NCBI GenBank assembly: GCA_029953675.1
Contig: JAMWBK010000005.1
Span: 2,294,001 to 2,358,000 of the forward strand
Length of the DNA: 64,000 nucleotides
DNA from: Rhodosorus marinus CCMP1338
Taxonomy: Eukaryota; Plantae; Rhodophyta
Reading direction: 5' to 3'
In this document: positions 46,785 to 58,827 of the stretch, in pieces
Numbering within the stretch: position 1 is the stretch's first letter
Layout of the letters: each line of letters begins with the position of its first letter
Notes under the pieces: generated by a model
Seen by the model: the letters and a program-made list of their open reading frames with translations, nothing else
What the model was told of the DNA's origin: nothing
Database searches by the model: none
Position numbers and translations under genes: made by a program

Positions 46785-49700
46785 ATGAATAACAAGCCCC
46801 CACTAGCGGGGAGAAAGGCTCTCGGGTAAGCTTGATGGGAACTATGTCCGGCCGGATCCTCATGAGCGGATATGCTTATTCTATTCCGCTGAAACTTGTG
46901 TTTGGCGACGGGGTTGACTGGTGCAGGAGTCATTATGGCGCAGTTCAACGCAACCCGGATACCAGGCGAGACGGGCACAGCTTCCATACGGCGACAAACC
47001 AGGATTCTCGCCGAAGCCATGACAGCTATTTCAGATTGCGAAAACGAGCAGCATCTCAGGATCTGGGTGCGGATTTAGGTCAACTGGGAAATAGCGTTCG
47101 ACAGTAGGGAGGATCCAGCCCCACTGATGGGATTTTTTGTCGATTTTGCCAGGAGCGGTGCGGGCCGGAGACTTCAAAGTGATCGATTTCATTAACGCGC
47201 CCAAGAGGGCCTCTGTTGTGGAAATCGAGCAAAAGCAACCCCATGGTAGAAACTTTTGGGTCTACTACCTAATTCTTCTACTCGTCGGAATCGGTTGGGT
47301 CTACCATTCCTGCTGCAGAGAAATGCCCTGCGGGCGGGACTCGTATCTCAGACTTGACGGTGTTTCTTTTCGCATCAGGAACTGGGACCATAGCTATGGT
47401 TATGGATCTCTCAGTAACTTACCTGGAGTCTCTCAGATATGGCATTTGCATACGATCACCTCTCCTCAGTAAGGAGATATGCTGCGACGGTTAGTGCGAT
47501 ATGAAACCTCAATTCTTTCGGAGGCAAAGTTGCAAACTCTCGCTTCCTTGTATGCGCGTAGGAAGCCGCTCACTTGGCAACTGTGCCGGGTTTGTGGAGT
47601 GGAGGACGCTCGTGTCGGGCGCTTTCAATCTTGATACCAAGATGAATTTGCCGTTTCTCGGCTTCCTCATCCCATTGCTGGTAGCGATTGGGTATGTTTG
47701 CTGCTCTGCGTACCTAGTCCAAAGATTTGCTCCCTACGCTGCCGGCAGTGGACTCTCAGAGGTTAGCGGAGCCGTTTGTCGCAAAATGTGCCCGCCCAGG
47801 GGACGTCCCTAGCGAGGTTCCGTTATCTAATCAAGAGTCTATCCAAACGTTTCCGGGTCTTGGGAACGACTAAAACACATAGGTGAAAGCCGTGCTTAAC
47901 GGAACGGTGATGAGCGGATTCTTGAGCGGATGGACGCTGATTATAAAAGTTGTGGGCCTCGGTCTCTCCGTTGCGAGCGGACTGAATGCTGGCAAGGAAG
48001 GTCCCTTTGTTCACTTGTCCAGCTGCCTCGCGTTCACGATTGCGAGGCTATTTAAGAGGTTTAGGTAGGAATCGACCTGCTTGAAGATGATGAACCCAAT
48101 CCAGGGCTCCCTGGCCAGAGGATTTCTAAGGAATCATCTTTCAATGCTGACAGAGAGGATGAGGCTTTGTTGAGAGAAGTGCTTACATGCGCATGCGCAG
48201 CTGGAGTTGCGGTTGCTTTCGCCGCACCGATTGGAGGAGTTTTGTTCGCTTTGGAGGAGGTTAGCTTGGACATGAGCGAGTCCTATTTCACTATTCCAGA
48301 CCATCCTTTTGAACTATTGGCTCCTTTCCTATGTTCAGAGCTCTTCCTACTATGCGAGTAGAGTTTTGTGGCGCTCTTTTTTTTGTGCTGCAGTAGCAAC
48401 GCTCGTTCTAATGCGGACCAACCCCTTCTTCGATGGGAAACTGGTTCTCTTTGAGGTTCAGTATGACTTGCATTGGTTTTGGTTTGAAATCATCGGTTTC
48501 GCGTTGATCGGAGCTATCGGCGGACTTGTGGTGAGCCAGGGCGACATTCACATGTTGCAATCCCGCGGTGTGCAACCATTGCTGAGCCGCTCTTGCTCGA
48601 CTCTGTGTATGGTTCATCAGGGTCACCTGTTTACGGTCTTGAATATCCACTACCAGAAACTTAAAGCTAAGTGGACGTTTCTGGACAGCCATGCGATCCT
48701 CGAAGTGTTTGTGGTTATTGTGATTACGCATATTGCCAACCACCCGATCTGGTTTCTGAAGATGAGCAACAATCAGATTCTAAAAAGGTAAACCCTCCCT
48801 GTCTCAGATGACTGTCCGAGAGTCGGAGAGACGGAATCTACGTTGGTATTGAATCGTATTTTTGGCTTGCTTGCACCTTCGTGTTCAGTTTGTTCACCAG
48901 CTGCCAGAATATTGCCCTGGACGGTGACTCAGACTCCTTTAGGGTAACGAAACTGCTGTGTGACCCAAGAAGCAACGGAGAATTGATCAAGGTTTTGTCC
49001 GTATCAGTTTTGAACAAGTTCCTCCTGACCCTCATTACATTTGGCGTGAAGGTCCCAGCTGGTGAGAGAAAAACTGAGCGAGCGCTCGTCTTGTGAAAAG
49101 CCTGAAGCCTCATGCATAGACAACAAGGACTTAGGGAACCAGTGCCATTGCGCAGGTCTATTCATTCCTTCTTTGACTCTTGGAGCGTCTGTGGGAAGGC
49201 TCGGAGGGACTTTCATTCAACACCTCACGGACGCTTATCCGAATTGGCGTCTGTTCCGAGAGTGCGACTCGACTTCGGCGTGCGTGGATGGTGCCATCTA
49301 CGCTATTGTTGGCGCTGCAGCTGTAGGATAGGACCTTTTGGAAATCCGATCTTGCGCCTCTCTTGAGGATTATTAACCGGTCGTCCGCTCTACCCCACAG
49401 GTTCTTGCTGGGGTAACGCAAGTCTCTCTTTCGCTTTGCGTGGTCATGATCGAGTTAACGGGAGGGCTTTCGCATCTTCTGCCCGTGGTTGTCGCTGTGC
49501 TTTCAGCCAAGATGGTGACAAATCTGTTCGGGTCGCCGAGCATATATGACAGCATCGTTCATGTCAATCGGTATCCATACCTAGATGTCAACATTGACCT
49601 GGACATACGGAAGGCCTCAGAATTTGAGCTCAGGGCCAAGGATATCATGCGGACAAACCTTCACGTGAGCAACGAGAGCAAAATCACCGTTTAGTAGCCT

Positions 49701-50459
49701 TAAACCCGTCAATCCTAACGATGGCGCTCCACGTGAAACAGGTGATAAAAGCGTCAGGGACGCGACTGGTCGAACTCGAGGAAATGCTTGCTTGCCTAAC
49801 GTTCAACGGGTTTCCGGTGGTAGATAATTTAGTGGACAAGAGGCTCGTGGGGTACCTTTCTCGAACGGAACTGATTGTGAGTTTCACTTTGCCCACAACA
49901 AGAATTGATTGACAAGGCCTACGCTGTTAGCTGAACGCAGGCTTTCTGGACATAGAGAGCGGTTTCAATAGCTCAAGAGCAGTCGTCAAGCCCTGCGAGC
50001 ATAGTCTCGCTTGTTCCAGACGAGACCACGCTTGATAGTCAACTGATCGAGATAGCGGAACAAGGAAGTCCGAAAGTCCTCAACTTCAGCAAGTATTTAG
50101 ATTCTTACGTTCCTCTCGTGTTTGAGGACACATCTGTGTTCCAGGTCAGTACACTTTCCAACTCGAACAAAGCAAAGAAGCTACTGCATATCCTGAAACC
50201 CGGCTCGGTCATTGTGCTCAGGTCTATGGTCTATTCTGCAAGCTTGGAATTCGCTATTGCTGTGTGCAAACAGGCGGCAAGCTGCGCGGAGTCATTTCAA
50301 AGAAGGACATGATTGCATATCTCGATGTGAGCGAAGGTACGCGAGAACTGCTCACTCAGAAAAAGACCAATTGAAATGTTCATGCCGGTGCTGAGATATG
50401 ACGATGTCGGGTCACTCGCTCTGCTTCAAACAGAAATTGTACAGAACTACTTCGTCTGA
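46785..50459 (+). CDS. CLC: CLC family Cl-/H+ exchanger (CLC-3/4/5/GEF1-like) with CBS domains; many exons, ends approximate
   Basis: Motifs [50 protein letters not shown] and LTFNGFPVV (CBS) across GT-AG introns. Confidence 0.92.
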
Positions 50460-50897
50460 GCGTGATCGGTAATATTGATGTGGCTGGAGTCAAAATTGGT
50501 TTTCTTTTTTGTAAGATATTCTTTTTTTATTGAAATCTGAAACTATCTTTCGAGGAGCAGTTGGTTCCTTCATGCTCGTCGGCCAGTGGTGGAGGGGTCT
50601 CCACTTTTTCCGCCTCGGAAGAACCATTGGCGGCTTTTCTATTTAATCACGATAGAATCTTCGAACGGTAACTTATATACATACTAAGTTGTAAACGACC
50701 CGTCAAGCGAAACACAGCGGCTGGACTTTCCGCCGTCCGATGCTGGCCTTCAGACGGGCATAGCATATGTTCCCATTAGCCCACATCAAACGATGAGCAC
50801 GCGCTTCCGCGAATCGAGGTCGGTGCCCCCAAAAAACCAAAAAAAGCCTGCTGACTTCCGTCTCCGACCCGGTCGATTCCTGTTTTAGTGACGCAGA

Positions 50898-52195
50898 TCA
50901 CCAGAATCCCCAACCAGAGCCAGTGAAACCCTGCCCGGAGCCAGTCGTTCGTGAGCCACTCGTCGAGAAGTCCAGAGAAGTTCATGTCACTCAACTTACC
51001 CTTCCAATTCGACCCAACATACGCTCAGAACGGGCCCTTTCCCTTTCTGCTTGTCGACGTTCCTGTTCCAGCCTCTCCGCAAGTGAAGAGTAACCTTGGT
51101 GGGATACTGCCGTTCTTTTTGCTTTCTCAAGATTCTTTCTATATCTCGCTCGTTCCTCGTCGACATAGCCCTCCTGTTGTTCAACGATGTTCGGATCTGC
51201 ACTGTTTTCTTCATCTTCGTTCTCCTTCTCTTCCAGAAGAACCTCAACCTCTTTCCTGTTTAGCACACGTAGGGAGGGGGTTTCGGAAACGTGAATCGAC
51301 GCAAAACAAGTCAAGCAGAGCCCAAGAACGCGCGCTGCTTGCACCGAGGTTCTCCTTGAAGGTTGTACTCACCCAGAAATCTGCCTAACGATTTCAGCAA
51401 TATCGTCGGCAGAAACTTTTGCGAAAATGATAACCACTTCTGCTCCCATCTCATACGAAGCGGATACGATGCCTTTCGTACGAATTAAGCGGTGCTCAAA
51501 TTCATTGAGAAACCCAGCATCAGAGAGGCCCGGCACGTGAATTCGAACGTTTACAGGTTCCTTCAAAACCGCGTAGTCCTTATCAGAGACTCCTTTGCCC
51601 AAATCTTCGCGCAGTCCAGCTCGTCTAAATGATGATAGCGGATAACCACATCAAAACGAAATCACAAGCTCTCAGGACTCCTTCTGACTGCTCCAGGGAG
51701 AAAGTTCATACCAAGGGTTCCAGAAGAACTTACAATTCAAGATCTGCTAGTTCCTCCATCTCGTCACGCTCATGGTCACCGAGTACCCTCCTCATGATTC
51801 CCAAGGCGTCGCGACGGACAGAATCATCTTTGTCCGTGTCGGCCACGAGGTCGTGCAAGTTATCCCAAATAGTGAAATCGTTCCGGAGAATTTCTCGGTT
51901 GTCTGCGTGAGAGGCGAGAAGAATAACCGCGCCCACCGCAATCTGGCAGACGCTGACATCTTCCGAGGCTATGAACGTCGATAACGCGGACATGCACCTT
52001 GCGGATGGACGAAACAATACAGAATATATAAAAACCCAAAATAATTAGAGTTCTGAGCGGTTCCAGCGCAAAGAGTGAACTCGTGTACGATGCATACCCT
52101 TCATCTCTAGCAATAATCGGCTGGTTATCCTTGTCTGCTGCTAGCGACCTGAGCTGCACGGCAACTGTCTTCAAACTAGCTGCATCTACCGACAT
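50898..52195 (-). CDS. ARMC1: ARMC1-like protein (armadillo repeat, HMA-like domain, C-terminal ...FW), multi-exon
   Basis: QLRSLAADKDNQPIIARDEGCM resembles the ARMC1 N-terminus. HMA-like HVPGL...FEHRLIRTKGIVS. An acidic/charged segment with GYVDE, and a spliced end GFTGSGWGFW*. Confidence 0.7.
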
Positions 52196-52439
52196 TCTCC
52201 TGTCAACAAAGGCAAAACTGACCTTGGTTTACTCCACACACAGACCACCTCAAGTCTGAGTAATGTACTTTACTGCCTTCCGAAGGTCAGTACTTGCCAA
52301 GCTCCTTCCCGTCAGACCAAACCCCGTTCTTGCAAGGCTCTAATATCAAATCTGCTGACTACGATAACTAGCTGTACCCCTCAACGCCCAGTCATGTTCT
52401 ATGTTTCCCATGCAGCGGGAAACCCAGCGCCAAGTACAC

Positions 52440-52602
52440 CTCCCTACCTCAATCCCTCCCTACCTCCTTACCTCCCTATCTCCCTATCTCCCTATCTCCC
52501 TATCTCCCTATCTCCCTTCCTCCCTTCCTCCCTTCCTCCCTACCTCCCTACCTCCCTACCTCCCTACCTCCCTACCTCCCTAACTCCCTAACTCCCACTC
52601 CC
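52440..52602. repeat. 8-bp minisatellite (CTCCCTNN)n arranged in homogeneous variant blocks
   Basis: After a few degenerate units: CTCCCTAT x5, CTCCCTTC x3, CTCCCTAC x5, CTCCCTAA x2. Confidence 0.95.
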
Positions 52603-54123
52603 TGCAGCTCCCTCGTGTGTGTTGTATCTCAGACACAGACATCCCAGAAAAAAACAAGTTTGGTAACGGTTCAAGAAACAAAATCCTAAAGTTTATAACA
52701 AATTCCATGGCCAAGGTTTACCTGGCCGATGTTGTTCTGTCTTTGCTATTTAATTTAACTAATTTTTGGTGAGGTCATACGGTACGGGACAGATTTGGCG
52801 GATATGATGGTTGCACTTACGAAAATGTTGAAAAAACAATAATTGATAATACGCGATCACTGGCTGTTTTGGTTGTCGGGCTCATTGGAATACGAACAGG
52901 GTAGGAGAGATTGTTGAAGTAATGGCATCCATGCATAATTTGGAATTTTCTTCTCTATTTATCAAATTAATTTGAATTTTTGATGAGAACGATCTTATTT
53001 TGGCAGGCAACTGTTCATAGTCTAGAAGTTTGCCTCAGCTTTGAAGTTTTTAAAAAAAAGTAAGAGTGAAAATGCCCTCAGGTTTTCGCAACGGCACAAT
53101 GAATGTTGAACAAGCCAATTGCGAGTTGAAACTTGGAAAACCTGGCCCACACCCGCAGACGTTATTCCCTCTGTTGGTTCCTTGGCTTCGTACGCGCTAC
53201 CAAATCAAGGACATTCTGTTTTAAGGATGTGTTGCGCTAATCCTGCCGTCCCCACCCGGTGAAGTCATTCTTCGGCAAGATGCGGGCGGGAGGGCAGACG
53301 TTGATTCCGTGCAACGGGTAGCAGCAAGGTTTCAACAGTCAACCACTGATTCTTCTTTGTTCAATGCAAATGTAGTCATCGTACTGCTTGCTTCATATTG
53401 CCTGACACTGATCTGTCTGCGGAACGATTCGGGGCAGTGGTTTCCGACCATAGACCAGGGACATCGTCAGCGTGGCAGAGGAGAACACAGAATCTCATGG
53501 GGCACGATGTGATTTAAACTTGGTAGACAAGTTTATCAATCAATTCGCTGCCACGCCACAAGCGCGCACGACAAGAGCAACATGGGTATGCAAATAATTT
53601 TGGACTAAAGGCATCGACTAAGCTGATCCTTAAACAATGCTGTGACCAGGAACATACCATCCATGTTTGTTTTTTATTCGGAGTGTGATCGAAATTGGGA
53701 TACGCGCTCTGAAATTCACGTGCCTAATCTCGAATAAGTCGAATCTTCTCTTAGAGTTGGTATCGCTCGTGTTTGTAGCTCTCCGCGTCGAGCTGCCGTC
53801 ATTGGCCACCTAATAAAACCACATCACACCGTCTGCATGGGGTTGGTTCGTTAGATTAACACCTTCAGATGTCTTTGCAAGGGAACCACCGTGCTTTCTC
53901 CGCAGTTCTGTTTGACCTAGGTCTGCGGTTGCTGGAACAGAAACAGAATCATCAGCGCAAGAGTTGCAGAACAAGGGCACAGGCCCAGAATCAAATCGAA
54001 GCTCCCACCGTCAAATATACTTTATCATCCACTACAATCACTACGCCCCTTCCCCGTCGTACATCTGTGATGGAGAGGGGTGGAACTCAATAATCTTTTC
54101 TGAAACCTTCGACCGCTAGCTTC

Positions 54124-55526
54124 CTACGCCATTCCATACACGTGGAAGCTTTCCGCAGCGAGCCAGAACCGTTCGCGATTCTTCGTCCAGAGAGTTTCAG
54201 GACTCAGCATAGTGAACGTGAAAAGAGAGTTATCTCCCTGACGCCCAGCCACTACAGAGAGATTGTGGTTCTCGAATTCCTGACCTTTCCGGTCACGACC
54301 TTTGACGATATATTCAAACTGCGAAAGCGATAAGTCATGTACAGGAAAGCAGGTCAGCAAAACAAGTACTAGGCAGGGGGCCTGACAGCGCTGGAAGACA
54401 TATGGCCGAGGAAGTACTGGCGACGTACTACGTAATATCGTCCTGCATCACGATCGGACGCGCCGATCAACGTCGCGGTGCGTCCACTCCCTTCGGGTGC
54501 AATCGCTGTCCTGAGAAGCTGTTCCCCGGCATCTCGAGGGCTTCCAAGGCTACCTTGGAGACTAAACCCAGCGGGAGTGTGAATATCACTTTTGATCACG
54601 GAAACGTTCTCCCGACTGTCGCGGCCTGGTCTTCCGAAAGCGACCTGTGGGCCTATGCTCTGTTTCTGGTCGCAAGAGACGATGCAGCACAGCATTAGTA
54701 ATTCCCTAACCCCCAAACTAAAGGGATTCATGCATCATTAGCAATACCACTGGTTTCTTCATCGAATAATCGAGTCGTCCAGCGCGTCCGGCGCCATCAG
54801 CGAGCGCGACAGCATAATCTTCGACCCAATTCCCAGGATAGATAAACTCATAATCTCCATTGCTTATGTATCTCTTGAAACCTCCAACAGGGTAGACCAC
54901 GTCCAGTTTTAGAGCCCTCGAAGTAGTTGCGTTCATTGACAATACTGCCGACGTTGATCCCAGCAGATTGCCTCCTAGAACGAGAGCGGTGCTGAGCCCC
55001 AGCCCAGTAAAAAACCTGCTGGCATTGTGGAATAGCACGGATCAGCATATTATTCTCGTCGTAGAAAACTCATTTCTAATAGTTCCATGTTGTAGAATGA
55101 CCTTCTACGATCGGATCCAAGGACTCCCAGGTCTCGGTCGAATTCCCCCTCCTTGCCGAAGATGTACGTTCGCCAATCCGTTTTCTCTTCATCTGCAGCG
55201 GGCTTCTTAGCTTCGTTCTCAGGCAGGAACCTAGACACGAAGCTGAAGTCTGGCTTCCAATCCTTTCCAAATTTCTCTGGACTTCCGTCACCGAAGCCCA
55301 AGCCCGCTTTCCAATCCTTCCTAGCTTCAGTGCTAGGTCGGTCTTCCTTGTCTTCGCTGTTAGGAAGTAACTTAGCCACGAAGCCAAGCTTTGTTTTCCA
55401 TTCCTCTGCAACTCCCCTTAGGGCATCTTCCCTCTCGGCAGCAGAGTTTCGCTTGGATGACTGCAAGCAAACTCCTACCGATCTCGAAGTCTTACAGGGC
55501 GACGCTACAATAATAAAACCCTCCAT
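54124..55526 (-). CDS. PsbP-domain thylakoid lumen protein (PPD7-like), multi-exon
   Basis: MEGF transit start. A spliced RRRFF twin-arginine motif precedes a hydrophobic stretch (GLSTALVLGGNLLG). Also YPVGGFKRY..YEFIYPGNWVED, VAFGRPG..RENVSVI, and FTFTMLSPE.LW...RERF...ESFHV. Confidence 0.8.
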
Positions 55527-57234
55527 TGCTTTTCCTCTAGACCACAGCTCCCATCGACCCAACGCCTCCCCCCATCCCCAAGCAAATCTGGCAACCCCCT
55601 CAGATATAGGAAATGTGATCGATGGGATATTCGCTATTTCCCGAAAACTAGATATTCGCGCGGGACGTCTACGCGCGGCTTCCTACGCGGGGCATCAGAA
55701 AGTTGGTTCCGATCCTTGACAATAATGAGGCTTATTGGATCGGGCTGCCGCTAGTGTTTAAAACAATGAAAGACAAGCTCATAGCTTTCGTTTCTTCAAA
55801 TGAAGTGAACTCAGAGCAAACAAACAGCAGGATCATTGCTCACGTCCAGAAGGAGAACGGGTTTGGCCCCGCAAGCGAAGAAATCGAGTGAGGCAGAATT
55901 GAATGTTTCACGGGTGGAGCCCCGGATCGATGTACTACCAGGAAACTAAGCAACTTTACAGCTAAGTGAAAGAATCTCGAAGATTTATTCAAACATATCC
56001 GGATTTTCGATTCGAATGTAGTCTTATGGTAAAATATGATATAAGGTATCATATATCATATATGTTCAGGGTTCGGGCAAAACGTTGGAAAAGCCCCGAA
56101 CTAAATTTGATTGAAATGGTGCTCATCTCTAAATTCTCCCCGCCGATATATTTTACGCATCTGCTTGGCGCGCTTCGCATCCATTCGGGAAATGTCCCGC
56201 GTTCTTGGTAAACTTTGTTTTTGTTGGGGTTTCCCTGAAGAATTCTAGATTCGGAGTCCGACATCGTCGACCTCGGTTGCGGCTATCCAGCCGGCTGTAT
56301 GAGGGAAACGTCCTCCGGTGGTAGCAGCGCACGCCGGGTGTTGCTTTGAATAATTAATCAAGCTACTCCGTCCTTTAGGTGGTGTCAATGGTTTGCATAG
56401 AAAGCCTTGTGAGCAGAATTCATTATCATCACGCGTTTATTCGAAACCTATCTACCTTGAGAAGCGTAAAAAGAAAATGACATCGAAACTGTCAAAGACA
56501 AGTCCTTCAGGGGGATAGCAGAACTGGCTCTTAGTCAGTTCACTAAGTTGATCCTCGAGCGCGGTCCCTGTTTTGGGTGATCCCCCTTCGACCTTCGCTC
56601 TTCTGCTCTGTGCCAAGACCGAGTGATTGCAATTTGTACAACTCTACGAAAGCACGGCTGGTTTACACCCCAGCACTCCCGGGACGCGCTTCGATATGAA
56701 TTCTAGCTTTCGCTACTGCGGCTTTCACAGGCTAAAGCACTGTATTGCCACGCCAGAACGGTTTGTAGAAGAAATGCAATGGAATTGGAGGCGGGGGGGG
56801 GGGGTACGATTGAGCTGGTTATCTGTCCATTCAAGGTACGATGGCTAAGCGGGACTCTTCCCGCTTAGCACTGTTACTTTGAACGAGAATGTCACAAGCC
56901 GTTTCGCCAAGATCAGCTCTCTGGCACTCGGAGAATATCTCGTCAACGCCATAGCGCCCAAGAGCGGTTAGTACGCGACAGTATTGTACGGATGCAATCC
57001 ACGTACTTGGATTTTTTGAAAATAATAAATAGATATTATCCAATTAGAGGTCCGTTTCAAAGGGTATTCCAATGATCAACATGGAGAGCCACTTTTAACC
57101 AATTATCAGATAGCGCGTGTCGTAAGAAATCAGTTAACCTATTGTGTGCGGCTGAGAGTTGTTTTTGACACTCGTTACAAGGTAATCGACGTTTAACAGG
57201 AAACTCATGTTGACCGAGACGAAGGGAACGGGGT

Positions 57235-57928
57235 TTACTCGAGAGGAATAATACCAGTATATACGCCCCAAGCGAGGAATGCAGGGGGTGTAAGCAGGAA
57301 GATCAACCCTATCCAAAACCAGACATCTAGACGACCCTTGTTCGCAGCCGACCAAGCGTCGGCGAATCCCTGACTATCCTGTATGACTGCTGCTTTCGAA
57401 ACCTAGAGAGAACAAAACAAGAGAAGAGCAGAGTCAGCAAACTACTTAGCGAACTACTCTAAACAACAGGGACGGCAGCTCATCATGCAAAAAATACAAG
57501 CTAGCAATATATTATTTGCCGAACCAAGCAAACAGGATGATTCCTGCAGGCTGGGCTCTAGACAAATTTCACCTCACCTTCTTTTTCATTCGCCTAATCT
57601 TAAGTCTTTGCTCCTCAGTGAGTTCTGTATTCTCACCAAGCTGAGAAATTTCCAATTTGGCCGATGTCATAGCGTCGATATCCCCTTCCATCTTGTCGAC
57701 TGGCTTTTTGTACTTGGCTTGATCAGCTTGCGCTCCGGACTGCACTGGTACACTTCCCTGTTGAAGAGGCATTCCCCGGGCTACTGGGGTCTCCTCAGCA
57801 GTAGGATCGGCTTCCTTCTCAGCAGCCATAGATATCCTTGCACTTCTCGCTCTCGACACCTTTCGTTCACAGGCGAGCCTGATCTCCGACCCACCCGGCC
57901 TTACTCCGCCCACCACGAACGCGGCCAT
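57235..57928 (-). CDS. Plastid-targeted membrane protein of unknown function, 2 exons
   Basis: MAAFV transit-like start. The intron after ..RRMKKK leads to VSKAAVIQDSQGFADAWSAANKGRLDVWFWIGLIFLLTPPAFLAWGVYTGIIPLE*, which includes a TM segment. Confidence 0.6.
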
Positions 57929-58827
57929 TGTTTGCGAAACCCAGCACTGACCACCAAACGCCAAGACACAGCAGTATCAAAATCAACACGCTCGAATTTA
58001 AAATCGAAAAGAAACGCAAAAGCGGTACGTCCGAAATAATCCTACGTTCGCCTTTTTCCGCTCCAGCATTGATCTGCACAGCCTCGAAAGGAATTGATCG
58101 TGTCAAATAAGTATCTATGGACGAGCTCGAACCAGAGCCAGCGAAAGTACCTTATAGAATAGTAAAATGTACTAATGTACTCATGCCCCTTCTCTTTTTA
58201 CAAAGTCTCATCATACGAGCTGGGATGGGCCAATCCGGTGAGAAGAGCTTGGGTGTAGTTCACATGAATTCAGTAATAGTACTGGCCAAACTTCTTGATT
58301 CCGGGCCACTCATGTTTCAGGCTGACACTCGATTGCTGTTTTGAGCCAAGGCGAGGACGTCTGGTGCTGGGGAAAGGCTTTTCCGGTCGCACCTGGTAGC
58401 ATCTCCACTCCGCTTGCGAATTTGTCGACGCACAGTTCTTTTCACGGGATCTGCGTTCTATAATAAGACCGGACAGCCCCCACGCTGGACAAGTCGAAGA
58501 CTGTCCATTCATGAACACCAAAGCAATCGATTTTCGCAGCTGTTTTATTCTGAACTCCCACAGACACGAGTCTCAATCCGTGCTGCCTTGTTCAGTAGGT
58601 GAAGGCTAACGCAATTAAACAGCACGTACGGCCGCAGGGTAACCCGACCAAGAGAACGCCTCTACATTGCATTTCAGTTCTGCTTTATTATAGATAAAGT
58701 TGACGTGATCAGATACGTGGACTGCGTTAGCGATGCGAGACAACTCCGCTCCAAGGAATTGTTAGAGGAGTTAGAAACAATGAATCCCCTCGGCAAGGGA
58801 CACGATCGACAGTCCGATGTATTGGCG

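Noticed and set aside
52394-52591. Pro/Leu/Ser-rich ORFs listed in the track
   Set aside because: They are simply translations of the 8-bp minisatellite.
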